Virus record (IMG/VR): IMGVR_UViG_3300025840_000011
DNA from: a virus
Direction: 5' to 3' (one strand)
DNA length: 64,000 nucleotides
Below, piece by piece: positions 45,853 to 54,909 of the stretch; position 1 is the first letter of the stretch, and each line of letters begins with the position of its first letter. The translations under genes and the position numbers were made by a program. The notes under the pieces are model-generated. The model made no database searches, was not told where the DNA came from, and saw only the letters and a program-made list of their open reading frames with translations.

Positions 45853-45912
45853 ATGCATCAAGTGGATACAAATATACACTAATACAATATACGCAAATAT
45901 ACGGAGAAACAT

Positions 45913-46839
45913 ATGTCTTTTGCAAATCTTAAGTCCAAGTCTATGGACGTGTCTAAACTGGTCACAGCAGCAGCCGAAATGAACGGTGGTGGTACTACCG
46001 AAAAGAAAGGTTATGGTGATGACCGATTCTGGAAACCCACAGTAGATGAGAGCGGAAACGGTTACGCCGTAATCCGGTTCCTTCCCGCAGCGGAAGGTTC
46101 TGATCTCCCTTGGGCTCGTTACTGGGATCACTTCTTCAAGGGACCAACAGGTCAGTGGTACATTGAGAAGTCTCTGACTACTATTGGTCAGAATGATCCT
46201 GTCTCTGAATTGAACTCCCGTCTGTGGAATTCTGGTGTCGAGGATGACAAGGAAACTGCACGTAAACAGAAGCGCCGTCTTCACTATGTGTCTAACATCC
46301 TTGTGGTCAATGACCCTGCGAATACCGCAAACAACGGTAAAGTGTTCCTCTATGATTTTGGTAAGAAAATCTTTGACAAGATCATGGATGTCATGCAACC
46401 TCAGTTTCCGGGCGAGGAACCAATCAACCCCTTTGACTTCTGGAATGGATCCGACTTTCAGTTGAAGATCCGTAACGTTGCGGGTTACCGTAACTACGAC
46501 AAGTCTGAGTTCAAGGCGGTGTCTGCATTGTTCGATGCGGATGAGACTAAACTCGAAGCGACTTACAACCAGTTGTTTGATCTCACTGAGTTCACTGCAC
46601 CTGCTTCCTTCAAACCTTATGAAGAACTGAAGGGTCGCCTTCAGATTGTTCTGGGTGAGGCAGTTGGTGGAAATGCAACTGCACGTAACGAGGCGTTAAC
46701 TCAGACTGCGGAGTCGAACGTTGGTCGTTCTGCACCTGAACCTCAGATCGTTGCTGCACCCGAACCTAGTGTAGGTGCGGAAGCGGACGATGATGAGGAT
46801 ACCTTGTCCTACTTTGCAAAGATGGCGAATGAGGACTAA
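45913..46839 (+). CDS. gp32: Single-stranded DNA-binding protein gp32
   Basis: DDRFWKP...GNGYAVIRFLP...WYIEKS...GKKIFDK...RNYDKSEF; acidic tail DTLSYFAKM. Confidence 0.95.
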   Translation: MSFANLKSKSMDVSKLVTAAAEMNGGGTTEKKGYGDDRFWKPTVDESGNGYAVIRFLPAAEGSDLPWARYWDHFFKGPTGQWYIEKSLTTIGQNDPVSELNSRLWNSGVEDDKETARKQKRRLHYVSNILVVNDPANTANNGKVFLYDFGKKIFDKIMDVMQPQFPGEEPINPFDFWNGSDFQLKIRNVAGYRNYDKSEFKAVSALFDADETKLEATYNQLFDLTEFTAPASFKPYEELKGRLQIVLGEAVGGNATARNEALTQTAESNVGRSAPEPQIVAAPEPSVGAEADDDEDTLSYFAKMANED

Positions 46840-46850
46840 GTAGTACCGGC

Positions 46851-47285
46851 ATGAAAATTTTAATACTTGGATTGCCGGGCAGTGGGAAGTCAACTCTCGC
46901 AAGGGAGTTGGCTTACCATTTTCTGATTCCGCATCACAATGCGGATACGTACCGTGAGATGTTTGATGACTGGGACTTCTCACCCGAAGGTAGGTTAAGA
47001 CAGGCCAAAAGAATGGCCGATCAGGTTGGAATTCTGGATTTTGTTTGTCCGTTGAAGGAGCTCCGTGATATCGTAGAAGCCGACTTCACCATCTGGATGA
47101 ATACAATCGATGAAGGACGATTCGAGGATACTAATAAGTTATTCGAAGTACCTGATTCATATGATCTGGAGGTTAAAGAATGGATCGACTTAAACCAACT
47201 ACGCAACTCCTTGGAAGGTTTCAACCGTGGCACCAAGGGCATACTAAGTTATTTGAACGGGCCCTTTCAAAGACTGGTCAAGTAG
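46851..47285 (+). CDS. Adenylylsulfate-kinase-like P-loop kinase
   Basis: GLPGSGKST, NAD, DWDFS..GR.RQ, DFVCP, FEDT..FE.P. Confidence 0.7.
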   Translation: MKILILGLPGSGKSTLARELAYHFLIPHHNADTYREMFDDWDFSPEGRLRQAKRMADQVGILDFVCPLKELRDIVEADFTIWMNTIDEGRFEDTNKLFEVPDSYDLEVKEWIDLNQLRNSLEGFNRGTKGILSYLNGPFQRLVK

Positions 47286-47539
47286 CGATACTACTTCGTG
47301 ACACTGAGGTAGACGAAAGTAATCCTTACACCGTAGAGGAACGTAAGGCAAACATCATACTCGAACTTGCAAAAGAAGGGTATGAACACCATAAAGACTT
47401 TGTGATAATCGCTGTACCTAACATCACCCATATCACCTATGGTCGGGATGTTGGATACACGATTGAGCAGGAAGATCTGGGGGAAGAGGTTGAGTCAATC
47501 TCCGCAACCAAGATACGTCAACTGGAACTAGGTCTTTAG
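47180..47539 (+). CDS. Small HxGH nucleotidylyltransferase
   Basis: GRFQPWHQGH, YGRDVGY, ISATKIR. Confidence 0.75.
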   Translation: MDRLKPTTQLLGRFQPWHQGHTKLFERALSKTGQVAILLRDTEVDESNPYTVEERKANIILELAKEGYEHHKDFVIIAVPNITHITYGRDVGYTIEQEDLGEEVESISATKIRQLELGL

Positions 47540-49839
47540 GTTATAGGTAATGCGCCCGCCTGATTGTTCGTCAAGAAGGCGGCGTTTACATCCCACACAC
47601 TTGGAATGACTGCCGCTTGAGTACTGTTATTATTGACTTGTGTTGACGAAGAAGACCCACCAACGTTAGTCTGCATAATAATAGGATTACCACCACCCGC
47701 ACCCATATTCCCTGCATTTGCAAGTTGAGTTCCCGCCATGGTTCTTGATGTTGTGCCAGGCGCTTGTGGAGAACCTGGCGCTGGTATACCTCTCGCGTTC
47801 ATTGATGCCAATCGTTCTCTTCGGTATTCAGCCGTTCCTTCTTGAGTGCCTTTAGACACATGCATGTGATCCATGTGACCACCAGTTCTCCACATCACAC
47901 TATAACCTGCGGTTTCTAATTTATCGCGTAGTACATCGAAGACCGCAGCCTGTTCGGGATTGTCTGCCTCAACATAACGTTCATCATTAGGACCGACAAA
48001 GTTAATATCTAATGCGTCACCCCTATAGTGTCTGGAGTTTTCACCATGTGTTCCAACTTCACCAAATGCCTCGTGGCCAGATACATGTAGTCCTTTTCCC
48101 TGCAACCATTCACCCAAAGCAACAATATCGTCTGATGGTGGTAAACCTGACATGGGTTCTTCTGGTTCTTGACCGGATGTCCCTAATTGAGGGCGAGGTC
48201 GGTTACGAGTCCTACGTGAGGCTGTCTGAGGTCTCTCAGGCGGAGGAGGAGGTGGTCGAGTTTCGGTATCTACTGCATCATTAGTCTCTGGTGGATTATC
48301 TCTCATTGCGGCAGTATCAGTTTCATCATCCCACCAATCCGTCAATGCATCCCATGCATCTGAAAATATATTGCTTACCCAATTTTTAATATCTTCCCAA
48401 AGTTGGGTAGCTGAATCCACCATACTTCCCCATTTGTCGGGTTCATTTTCCCACCAGTCAATTACTGCATCATAGGCGCCCATAAACGACTCACCTATTC
48501 TGCCCGGAATTCCCATAAGATAATCAAATGTCTCTGATGCATACGTAAATAGGGATTCTTTAAATGCGGTCATTGTCTCATCCAACCACGCGAAGAGACT
48601 AGGGAGAACGTCAGTGAATACGTAGGTCAGACCTCCCCATATCCCCTTCAATCCCCACTTAACCATGTCTGCGAGATTCATGAACATGGTCTGTGCAAAT
48701 TGACCCATCCAAGGTATGAACTGGGTGAAGATATCTTTCAACGCTTCGATTGGTGAACTGAATAGTTTACGAACCCAATCAAATATGGATGCTATCATTC
48801 CACTAATACCGCCAGGCATTAGTTCGTTGATTCTATCCGTAACAGAACCAAGACCAATCTTGTCCAGTATCCACTTCATTCCGTCTTGCAGTAAATCACC
48901 AATAGTACCGAAGAAACCAACGAACACACCTTTGAGACCTTCCCAAGTTGCACTTAGAATTCTGGTAAAGATGTTCATATCAGATTCGGCGGTTCTTTGC
49001 CAGTCACCCAAGAATCCGGTGAAGAAGTCGAAGAGTGAAATAATAATTTGAATAGGCCAAAGAAGTTTGGTGAATACACCTTTCACCAAAGACATGATCT
49101 TATTACCGCCAGCCTTGAAAAGATCATCACCAACACCAATGGTAGCCTTAAGTGTGTCTCCTAGAAAACCAAATATTTTTCCAAAAAAACCAAACACTTT
49201 TTGGACGATAGAGTTTGTGAACGAACCAAGTTTGGATGCATTCCACCATTTGATAATCGCATTGAATGGTCTTGCTATGAAACCAAATATCTTCCCTATA
49301 TTAGAAACCATTCTTTCGGCAAAATTCATTTTCTTGAATTTACCGTTGGCCTCTCTAAGGTTGTATCTTAATGATCCATCTAGGGCTTTGAAGAAACCAC
49401 CTCTAAACGCTTTGTAGAAATTTGTTATAGATCTCTGGAGACCTTTCGTTAGATTCGTTATACCAGCTACAGAAAATAGTCTAGAAAACGCCAGTTTAAC
49501 AGCACCGAAAAACCGTTGCACCATGTCTTTGATTCTTCTTACGGTCTCGCCTATCACAGCGCCAAGACCCAAAAGGATACCACTAAAGGATTTGTCTAAT
49601 TTTATTTCAGGTGCTTTGAAAATAGGTGCTTTTTCTTTTTTCTTGTCTCGTCGATCTTCTTCGTTCTGCAAACGATCCTGTTTTATCTCTGCGAGAATCT
49701 CACGCATAGTCTTATTGAGATCAGAGGTATTCTTCTCTGTCCCTTCTTGACTTCTTTGGAGCGCTTGGTTACGGTTATTATTTTCTTGACGCATCAAGTC
49801 AATAACATTACCCAAACCACCTATTGTTGCTTCTGCCAT
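47536..49839 (-). CDS. Tape measure/baseplate hub protein (gp29-like) with C-terminal M15-like peptidase domain
   Basis: Long amphipathic W/F-rich repeats; SRHYRGDALD...HMDHMHVS; downstream of gp26/gp51. Confidence 0.7.
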   Translation of the reverse strand: MAEATIGGLGNVIDLMRQENNNRNQALQRSQEGTEKNTSDLNKTMREILAEIKQDRLQNEEDRRDKKKEKAPIFKAPEIKLDKSFSGILLGLGAVIGETVRRIKDMVQRFFGAVKLAFSRLFSVAGITNLTKGLQRSITNFYKAFRGGFFKALDGSLRYNLREANGKFKKMNFAERMVSNIGKIFGFIARPFNAIIKWWNASKLGSFTNSIVQKVFGFFGKIFGFLGDTLKATIGVGDDLFKAGGNKIMSLVKGVFTKLLWPIQIIISLFDFFTGFLGDWQRTAESDMNIFTRILSATWEGLKGVFVGFFGTIGDLLQDGMKWILDKIGLGSVTDRINELMPGGISGMIASIFDWVRKLFSSPIEALKDIFTQFIPWMGQFAQTMFMNLADMVKWGLKGIWGGLTYVFTDVLPSLFAWLDETMTAFKESLFTYASETFDYLMGIPGRIGESFMGAYDAVIDWWENEPDKWGSMVDSATQLWEDIKNWVSNIFSDAWDALTDWWDDETDTAAMRDNPPETNDAVDTETRPPPPPPERPQTASRRTRNRPRPQLGTSGQEPEEPMSGLPPSDDIVALGEWLQGKGLHVSGHEAFGEVGTHGENSRHYRGDALDINFVGPNDERYVEADNPEQAAVFDVLRDKLETAGYSVMWRTGGHMDHMHVSKGTQEGTAEYRRERLASMNARGIPAPGSPQAPGTTSRTMAGTQLANAGNMGAGGGNPIIMQTNVGGSSSSTQVNNNSTQAAVIPSVWDVNAAFLTNNQAGALPIT

Positions 49840-49843
49840 TGGT

Positions 49844-50041
49844 TTATCTCATTTTGGATTCTTGTTGTCTACGTTCATTCTCTTCTTTAATCCACTCAAC
49901 CAATAATGTAACATAAATTTCCCTTTCCCATGGCATCATCATTTCAAGTTCTGTTAGACTGTAATGATGATGTTGCATTAATGAAAAGTTGGTCTTAAAA
50001 TAATTGACCAAATTATCATGAGAAAGGTTTATGATAAAAAA
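49844..50041 (-). CDS. gp51: gp51-like baseplate hub assembly protein (first ATG 49978; probably reached by -1 frameshift)
   Basis: LSHDNLVNYFKTNFSLMQHHHYSLTELEMMMPWEREIYV. Confidence 0.75.
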   Translation of the reverse strand, partial: FFIINLSHDNLVNYFKTNFSLMQHHHYSLTELEMMMPWEREIYVTLLVEWIKEENERRQQESKMR

Positions 50042-50736
50042 TCCGACATTCCCCTTAACATCTGTTTGTTTTCTTCCCCACACTTATTACAGGTATATTC
50101 TGCATTGTGTCTCAGTGCGGGTAGACTCTCAAGGTAGTCTGCCAGTTTCTTAAACTGACCCTGCGTCATTGACTCAAGAAACTCATTGATCTCTGTCTTG
50201 GAAACTTCGTCCGCCTCGATCCTTTCGTCTCCTGTGATGACGGCCTGAATACACGCACCAACCATAGCGAATCCAATTTCAATTTCCTTTCCGGTGAAAT
50301 TGACTTTACTGACATGTTCGTACATTGGGTATCTCATTTCAACACTAACACCGTCACTCAGTTCAATAACATTTTCGGTATTGGGTGCTTCTACTTTAAC
50401 GGAGGAGATGTCTATCTCATACTCGTTCTGTGCATCACATGATTCACATCTCAACAAAATAGTAGATACCTCACCAACTGACTTTGACCTAATCTGAGTG
50501 AACAGATACTCAATGTCAAAGGTTGTCAACTTCTTTCCCTGAAAACCTTCACTCGTGATACACGCATCGATTGTATCTACAATCGCACGTAGTGCCTGTT
50601 TCTGGTCTTGAGTCTCCATTGCCATCATCAAGACCTTTTCTTCTTTAACCAAGTAAGGTCTGAATGAAACTTTTTTCCCCGTCGAGGGAATCGTACATTC
50701 ATACGATGGACTGGTGTTTAACTTTGGTAATGCCAT
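50029..50736 (-). CDS. gp26: Baseplate hub assembly protein gp26
   Basis: MALPKL...FRPYLVKEEKVL...DIEYLF..IRSKSVGE; two CxxC. Confidence 0.88.
   Translation of the reverse strand: MALPKLNTSPSYECTIPSTGKKVSFRPYLVKEEKVLMMAMETQDQKQALRAIVDTIDACITSEGFQGKKLTTFDIEYLFTQIRSKSVGEVSTILLRCESCDAQNEYEIDISSVKVEAPNTENVIELSDGVSVEMRYPMYEHVSKVNFTGKEIEIGFAMVGACIQAVITGDERIEADEVSKTEINEFLESMTQGQFKKLADYLESLPALRHNAEYTCNKCGEENKQMLRGMSDFLS
50035..50041 (-). other. Slippery heptamer U-UUU-UUA (candidate -1 frameshift site)
   Basis: gp26 ends GAT TTT TTA TCA TAA; -1 frame continues into gp51. Confidence 0.65.
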
Positions 50737-50759
50737 TTCACGCTCCTAATTTAGCAATG

Positions 50760-51467
50760 TTAAAATACTCTATCAAGTATCCCTGATAGAATTGAACCAC
50801 CAAAACCGCTTGTTGGTCCGTCTGCTTCTTTTGACCGCCAGTCTCTATAAGACAACTGTACGGTAAACTCCGTAATCTGATCAGTCTGATCGCCCCCTAA
50901 CTGTATCGCATTGACAGTGACCGGAAACGCCTCAAGTAATTTTATGTGACGAATAACCGCAGCGTCTTTTCCAAAACCGAAGTCAATCTCACCCTGTTGG
51001 AAGTCTGGGTTACCGTCAAAAATCCTCGCACGGATCGATGAGGGTATACTATCTAGGAACCCTAATTGTTTCTTAAATAGACTAAACGCATACCCTTTCT
51101 GAAGTTGTTTGATGTCGATGTCCTGAACGTAATCTTTGTAATATTGTATTTGATTTGATTCCTGATCGTAACACGCCTTCATCCACTCATCGAAGTAGGA
51201 TGTAATTTTGTGATCGTTCATGACATAGAAGGTTAAGTTCAAATCTACGGTTGCGAACCCGTTGACAACTTTTCTAAGAACTGTACCTACCTGTTGATCC
51301 TGTGTCATCATCTGTCTGCCAGGCAGTTCTGTTGATTTACAGATGACGTTAATGTCTCTCGAACTCATACCAAACTTACTGGGTAGGACAATCTCGAACA
51401 TGTTCGACATTGCGAACCCTTCGCTCTTACTCGCGGCCGCCTTGAGTTCTTCTATACTAGTAGCCAT
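50760..51467 (-). CDS. Tail tube initiator gp54-like (tube fold)
   Basis: CKSTELPGR, FDEWM, LLEAFPVTVNAI, FTVQLSYRDW. Confidence 0.7.
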   Translation of the reverse strand: MATSIEELKAAASKSEGFAMSNMFEIVLPSKFGMSSRDINVICKSTELPGRQMMTQDQQVGTVLRKVVNGFATVDLNLTFYVMNDHKITSYFDEWMKACYDQESNQIQYYKDYVQDIDIKQLQKGYAFSLFKKQLGFLDSIPSSIRARIFDGNPDFQQGEIDFGFGKDAAVIRHIKLLEAFPVTVNAIQLGGDQTDQITEFTVQLSYRDWRSKEADGPTSGFGGSILSGILDRVF

Positions 51468-52062
51468 TTATAATACGCCTTGAATCGTAGTAGACCTTCT
51501 GTCTATTCCTCTTTCTCCAGTCTGCGGTTGGTAGGAAAGTTGCGATCTCCCACTCCGGTGCCGGAACCTCTGCGAACTTACTCTGGACTTGACTGTTCAG
51601 GTAATGTTTCAGACAGGGTTTGTAATACTTCAGTTTCGATGCCTTGACCAATACCTCGTATGATAGATCCAGTTTGGTTCCGTCATCGATGTTCTTTCCC
51701 GCAATGTCCATAAGTGCATCCAGAAACTTTGCACGTAACAATGGGGGTAGGTAGTGGATGTTTAACCCCATGAACCCACCCTTGGCAGGACCAATGATGA
51801 ACACGAGAGGAAACGCATCGTAGTAGGGAAGAGTCTCTTTGTGTTTGGGGTCATAGAAGAACATGTACATTCTACCCACAACACTCGTACCCTTCCTCTT
51901 AATAGGATCCGATGACATCAATCCTTCACGGTTAATACTGCGTAGGTTAGACGCCTTCTTTAGAAACCATGCGCGACTTTCCTTTGTACGGGGTGTGATC
52001 CCTGCACGGAACGCCTGTTGTTCCAATCTGTTAATTACATTTGATTTCGCTGTAGTTGCCAC
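51457..52062 (-). CDS. gp2: DNA end protector gp2
   Basis: GRMYMFFYDPKHKETLPYYDAFPL...GLNIHYLP...KHYL. Confidence 0.9.
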   Translation of the reverse strand: MATTAKSNVINRLEQQAFRAGITPRTKESRAWFLKKASNLRSINREGLMSSDPIKRKGTSVVGRMYMFFYDPKHKETLPYYDAFPLVFIIGPAKGGFMGLNIHYLPPLLRAKFLDALMDIAGKNIDDGTKLDLSYEVLVKASKLKYYKPCLKHYLNSQVQSKFAEVPAPEWEIATFLPTADWRKRNRQKVYYDSRRIINGY

Positions 52063-52086
52063 ACCGGACCCTCTTAGTTACTTCTT

Positions 52087-52094
52087 TATTTATA
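52087..52094 (-). promoter_or_regulatory. T4-type late promoter
   Basis: TATAAATA on minus strand upstream of gp2. Confidence 0.7.
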
Positions 52095-52110
52095 CGATTT
52101 ACAATGGCAT

Positions 52111-52587
52111 TTATCTTTTCTTTTTGGGAAATGGTTTGAGTGGTTTGAATGCCTTGGGTAGAATTCCCATTGCAGATAATCTCTTCTCTGTCCAGATTTC
52201 AAACTTCCAACCCCGTTCCTTTGCGTACTTCTCTGCCGCCTTCCATTTGTTCTGGTTCTTGACATAGGTCAACGATTGTTCTACCAGTAACTTGGTTTTA
52301 CGTTTTCCGGTAGGTGGGCGTGTCTCTTTGTCTGGTTTGATCTCCACGAGGACTATGTTACCGTCCTTATATTCGATCACCAGATCCATAAAGTATCTGT
52401 GATATCTCTTGTCAACCTCATATAGATATGGTATAATAACCTCTTCACTACCCCAACGTTTGACATTGGAGTTGTTGTCACACCACTTAAATGCGTGTTT
52501 CTCCCAAAGAGATCGATACACCACACCATTGGGGTCTCCAAGATACTTAGATTTATTTTTAACGGGATATCTACCTGAGTACGCCAT
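52111..52587 (-). CDS. gp4: Head completion nuclease gp4
   Basis: MAYSGRY...KYLGDP...YRSLWE...WGSEE...EIKP...NQNKW. Confidence 0.9.
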   Translation of the reverse strand: MAYSGRYPVKNKSKYLGDPNGVVYRSLWEKHAFKWCDNNSNVKRWGSEEVIIPYLYEVDKRYHRYFMDLVIEYKDGNIVLVEIKPDKETRPPTGKRKTKLLVEQSLTYVKNQNKWKAAEKYAKERGWKFEIWTEKRLSAMGILPKAFKPLKPFPKKKR

Positions 52588-52596
52588 ACAAAACCA

Positions 52597-52633
52597 TATA
52601 AATAAACGTGTAAAACTACACAACTTATTTAGT
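52597..52633. promoter_or_regulatory. Divergent late promoters between gp4 and gp48
   Basis: TATAAATA (+, 52597-52604) and ACTAAATA (-, 52626-52633). Confidence 0.6.
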
Positions 52634-52643
52634 AGGTTAAGAG

Positions 52644-53768
52644 ATGCGCTATCCATTAGAATACTCAGACGAATATGCGGGAACAGTTACTTTTGCCATC
52701 CAAAAGTCCGCTAGTTCTGGCGGTGCGGTGGGAGAAGGAAATACAGATATGGAATCTGATCCCTCTGGAGCAGCTGCGACTCAGGCGGAGGAAGAAGCAA
52801 CAAATCCCCCCGAATCGCCTGATAATGATAATACTGACACCAGAACAGAGGATGCGGAGACGAATACTGATCCCACCCAAGAAGAACATACATCGTTTGA
52901 TGGACAGAATGAAGAACAACAATCTATTTCGAACGATGAAGTTCAGGTGGATGGTGACGCAACAGAGGGAAACGAAGGTGAAGAAGCACCTGAAGAAAAT
53001 GACGAAGAGGGTGGTTCAGAAAATCCACCCGCCCAATCGAAAGCGGAGACGAATACTGGAGGAGGTGTAACTCTATATCTCCCGCCTGGCTTACAGTACA
53101 GAGACAATGTTGTATATGATGCAATGGATCTTGGATTTCTGGGTGGTATAACCGCAGACAAGATTAGGGGGGCGAGTAATGCAACCGTTGGACAAATTGC
53201 CCGTGGTGCGGGTGGTTCTGTCGTAGATAGTATCCAAAATTTGATTACTCAAATTAGAACCGCTGCCACTGAGGGTGGCAAGACCGATCAGGCGAGACTT
53301 GGTATGACTCAACTCGCAACCCTCATTCCGGATCAAGGAGTTCGAGGTGCGATTAAAAACGAATTGGGTGTAACCGCAAACCCCAACACTCGTGTACTAT
53401 TCAATAAAGTAAACCTTCGAGAATTTCAATTTGCGTTCAAAATGATTGCAAGAAGTCAAAAAGAGGCAAAGGCGATCCAAGCGATTATCCAGTTTTTTAG
53501 AGAATCATTATATCCAGAAACTTTTGACGTTGCTGGGGTCAGTGGTTTGGGTTATAAGTTCCCCGACAAGTTTGATATCACTATCGATTATGGTGGCGAA
53601 TGGAAAGCGCCCAAAATAAAAGAATCATATCTCAGGGATGTCAGTACTACATTCAACGCTTCAACGATGGCGATTCTGCCAGGCGGTGAACCTTTAGAAG
53701 TTGACCTAACGTTGTCGTTTATTGAAGCCGCTGCACTAGAGAAGAAAGATATAAAGTCGGGGTACTAA
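52644..53768 (+). CDS. gp48: Baseplate tail tube cap gp48 with acidic insertion
   Basis: MRYP, LYLPP, NPNTRVLF...LREFQFAF...ARSQKEA, LSFIE. Confidence 0.8.
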   Translation: MRYPLEYSDEYAGTVTFAIQKSASSGGAVGEGNTDMESDPSGAAATQAEEEATNPPESPDNDNTDTRTEDAETNTDPTQEEHTSFDGQNEEQQSISNDEVQVDGDATEGNEGEEAPEENDEEGGSENPPAQSKAETNTGGGVTLYLPPGLQYRDNVVYDAMDLGFLGGITADKIRGASNATVGQIARGAGGSVVDSIQNLITQIRTAATEGGKTDQARLGMTQLATLIPDQGVRGAIKNELGVTANPNTRVLFNKVNLREFQFAFKMIARSQKEAKAIQAIIQFFRESLYPETFDVAGVSGLGYKFPDKFDITIDYGGEWKAPKIKESYLRDVSTTFNASTMAILPGGEPLEVDLTLSFIEAAALEKKDIKSGY

Positions 53769-53769
53769 G

Positions 53770-54909
53770 ATGTCATCAAAATATTTCTCCAACACAAAAC
53801 GACTCAGGTATAAATTCGGTGATGGTGAAGCGCCGGTACTCTACCAGAATCTATCGACTTATGTTGATCTACTGGATCAGGTTAAAACGGAGTCTTCCTT
53901 TTATCAGGACTATGTGATCAAGTCCGGAGAACGTCCGGATAGTCTTTCGTTGAGATTGTACGGAGACGATCAGTACTACTGGACGTTCTATATGATGAAC
54001 GACAAATTGAGAGAGTGTGGTTGGCCTGTTGCAAATGAACTGATACTGGATACGGTAAAAGAGAAGTATCCCCACAGAACTATCACAACCAAAGAGGACT
54101 TCACAACCGACAACGCGCTCGAACCAGCGTTCAAGGTTGGACAGATAGTCTATGGATCTGAGTCTGGTACTATTGGTACTATCTTGAGAAGGGATCCGAC
54201 TTTGGGTCAACTTATTATCGATACAACAAATACGGTGATACCGTTGACAAGATCGATTACCTTTGAACCCAACGTTAACGGGTATGCAACTTATGAGTTG
54301 ACACTAGAGAATGAAAAGTTCCATAGTCCTTCACAGTGGAGAGTCTTTCAGGACGATATCGAAATATCTAGTGATGTGGAAATCACACTACCCAAAGGTA
54401 AAAACAACCGTATATTCGAAATAAACAACGTGAACTATAAAGAGGGTTCTTCGTATTACGTATCGGCAGAAATCTTTATTTCCAACCCACTAGACAATAA
54501 CTTTGGTGAGGGTGAGTCTTTGTACTTCGTCAACCCTAGAACTGGATTGAACGTGGTTGCGGTTATCTGGAAAGAGTCGGAACAGTACAACGCTGTGCAT
54601 CATTACGAGAGAAGAACGTACACTGCGTTTGACCTTGACACAAACACAAATATTTTAGTCTCGTATGAAAAACAAGAGGCAGTAAATGCAGTCGAAAACT
54701 TTGACAATGCAGAGGTAAGAATATCAAGTGAATGGGTGCACATAGATCCGTACACTGGAATACTTCCTGCGGGTGCGTATCCGGTTACTGTACGAGAACG
54801 ATTTGAAGAATTCAATGACGATCTCAAGAAGATCAAGATTCTTAAAAAAAGTGTTATTGAAAGAGTCGCAAAAGAATTCTATAACAAACAAGCGGGTCGT
54901 ACCCCATAA
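53770..54909 (+). CDS. gp53: Baseplate wedge gp53 (LysM-like)
   Basis: YF..., GERPDSLSLRLYGDDQYYW, HHYE, NDDLKKIKIL. Confidence 0.8.
   Translation: MSSKYFSNTKRLRYKFGDGEAPVLYQNLSTYVDLLDQVKTESSFYQDYVIKSGERPDSLSLRLYGDDQYYWTFYMMNDKLRECGWPVANELILDTVKEKYPHRTITTKEDFTTDNALEPAFKVGQIVYGSESGTIGTILRRDPTLGQLIIDTTNTVIPLTRSITFEPNVNGYATYELTLENEKFHSPSQWRVFQDDIEISSDVEITLPKGKNNRIFEINNVNYKEGSSYYVSAEIFISNPLDNNFGEGESLYFVNPRTGLNVVAVIWKESEQYNAVHHYERRTYTAFDLDTNTNILVSYEKQEAVNAVENFDNAEVRISSEWVHIDPYTGILPAGAYPVTVRERFEEFNDDLKKIKILKKSVIERVAKEFYNKQAGRTP

Noticed and set aside
47180-47285. Frameshift fusion of kinase and nucleotidyltransferase
   Set aside because: Second gene has its own GGAGG SD and ATG; no clear slippery heptamer; simple overlap suffices
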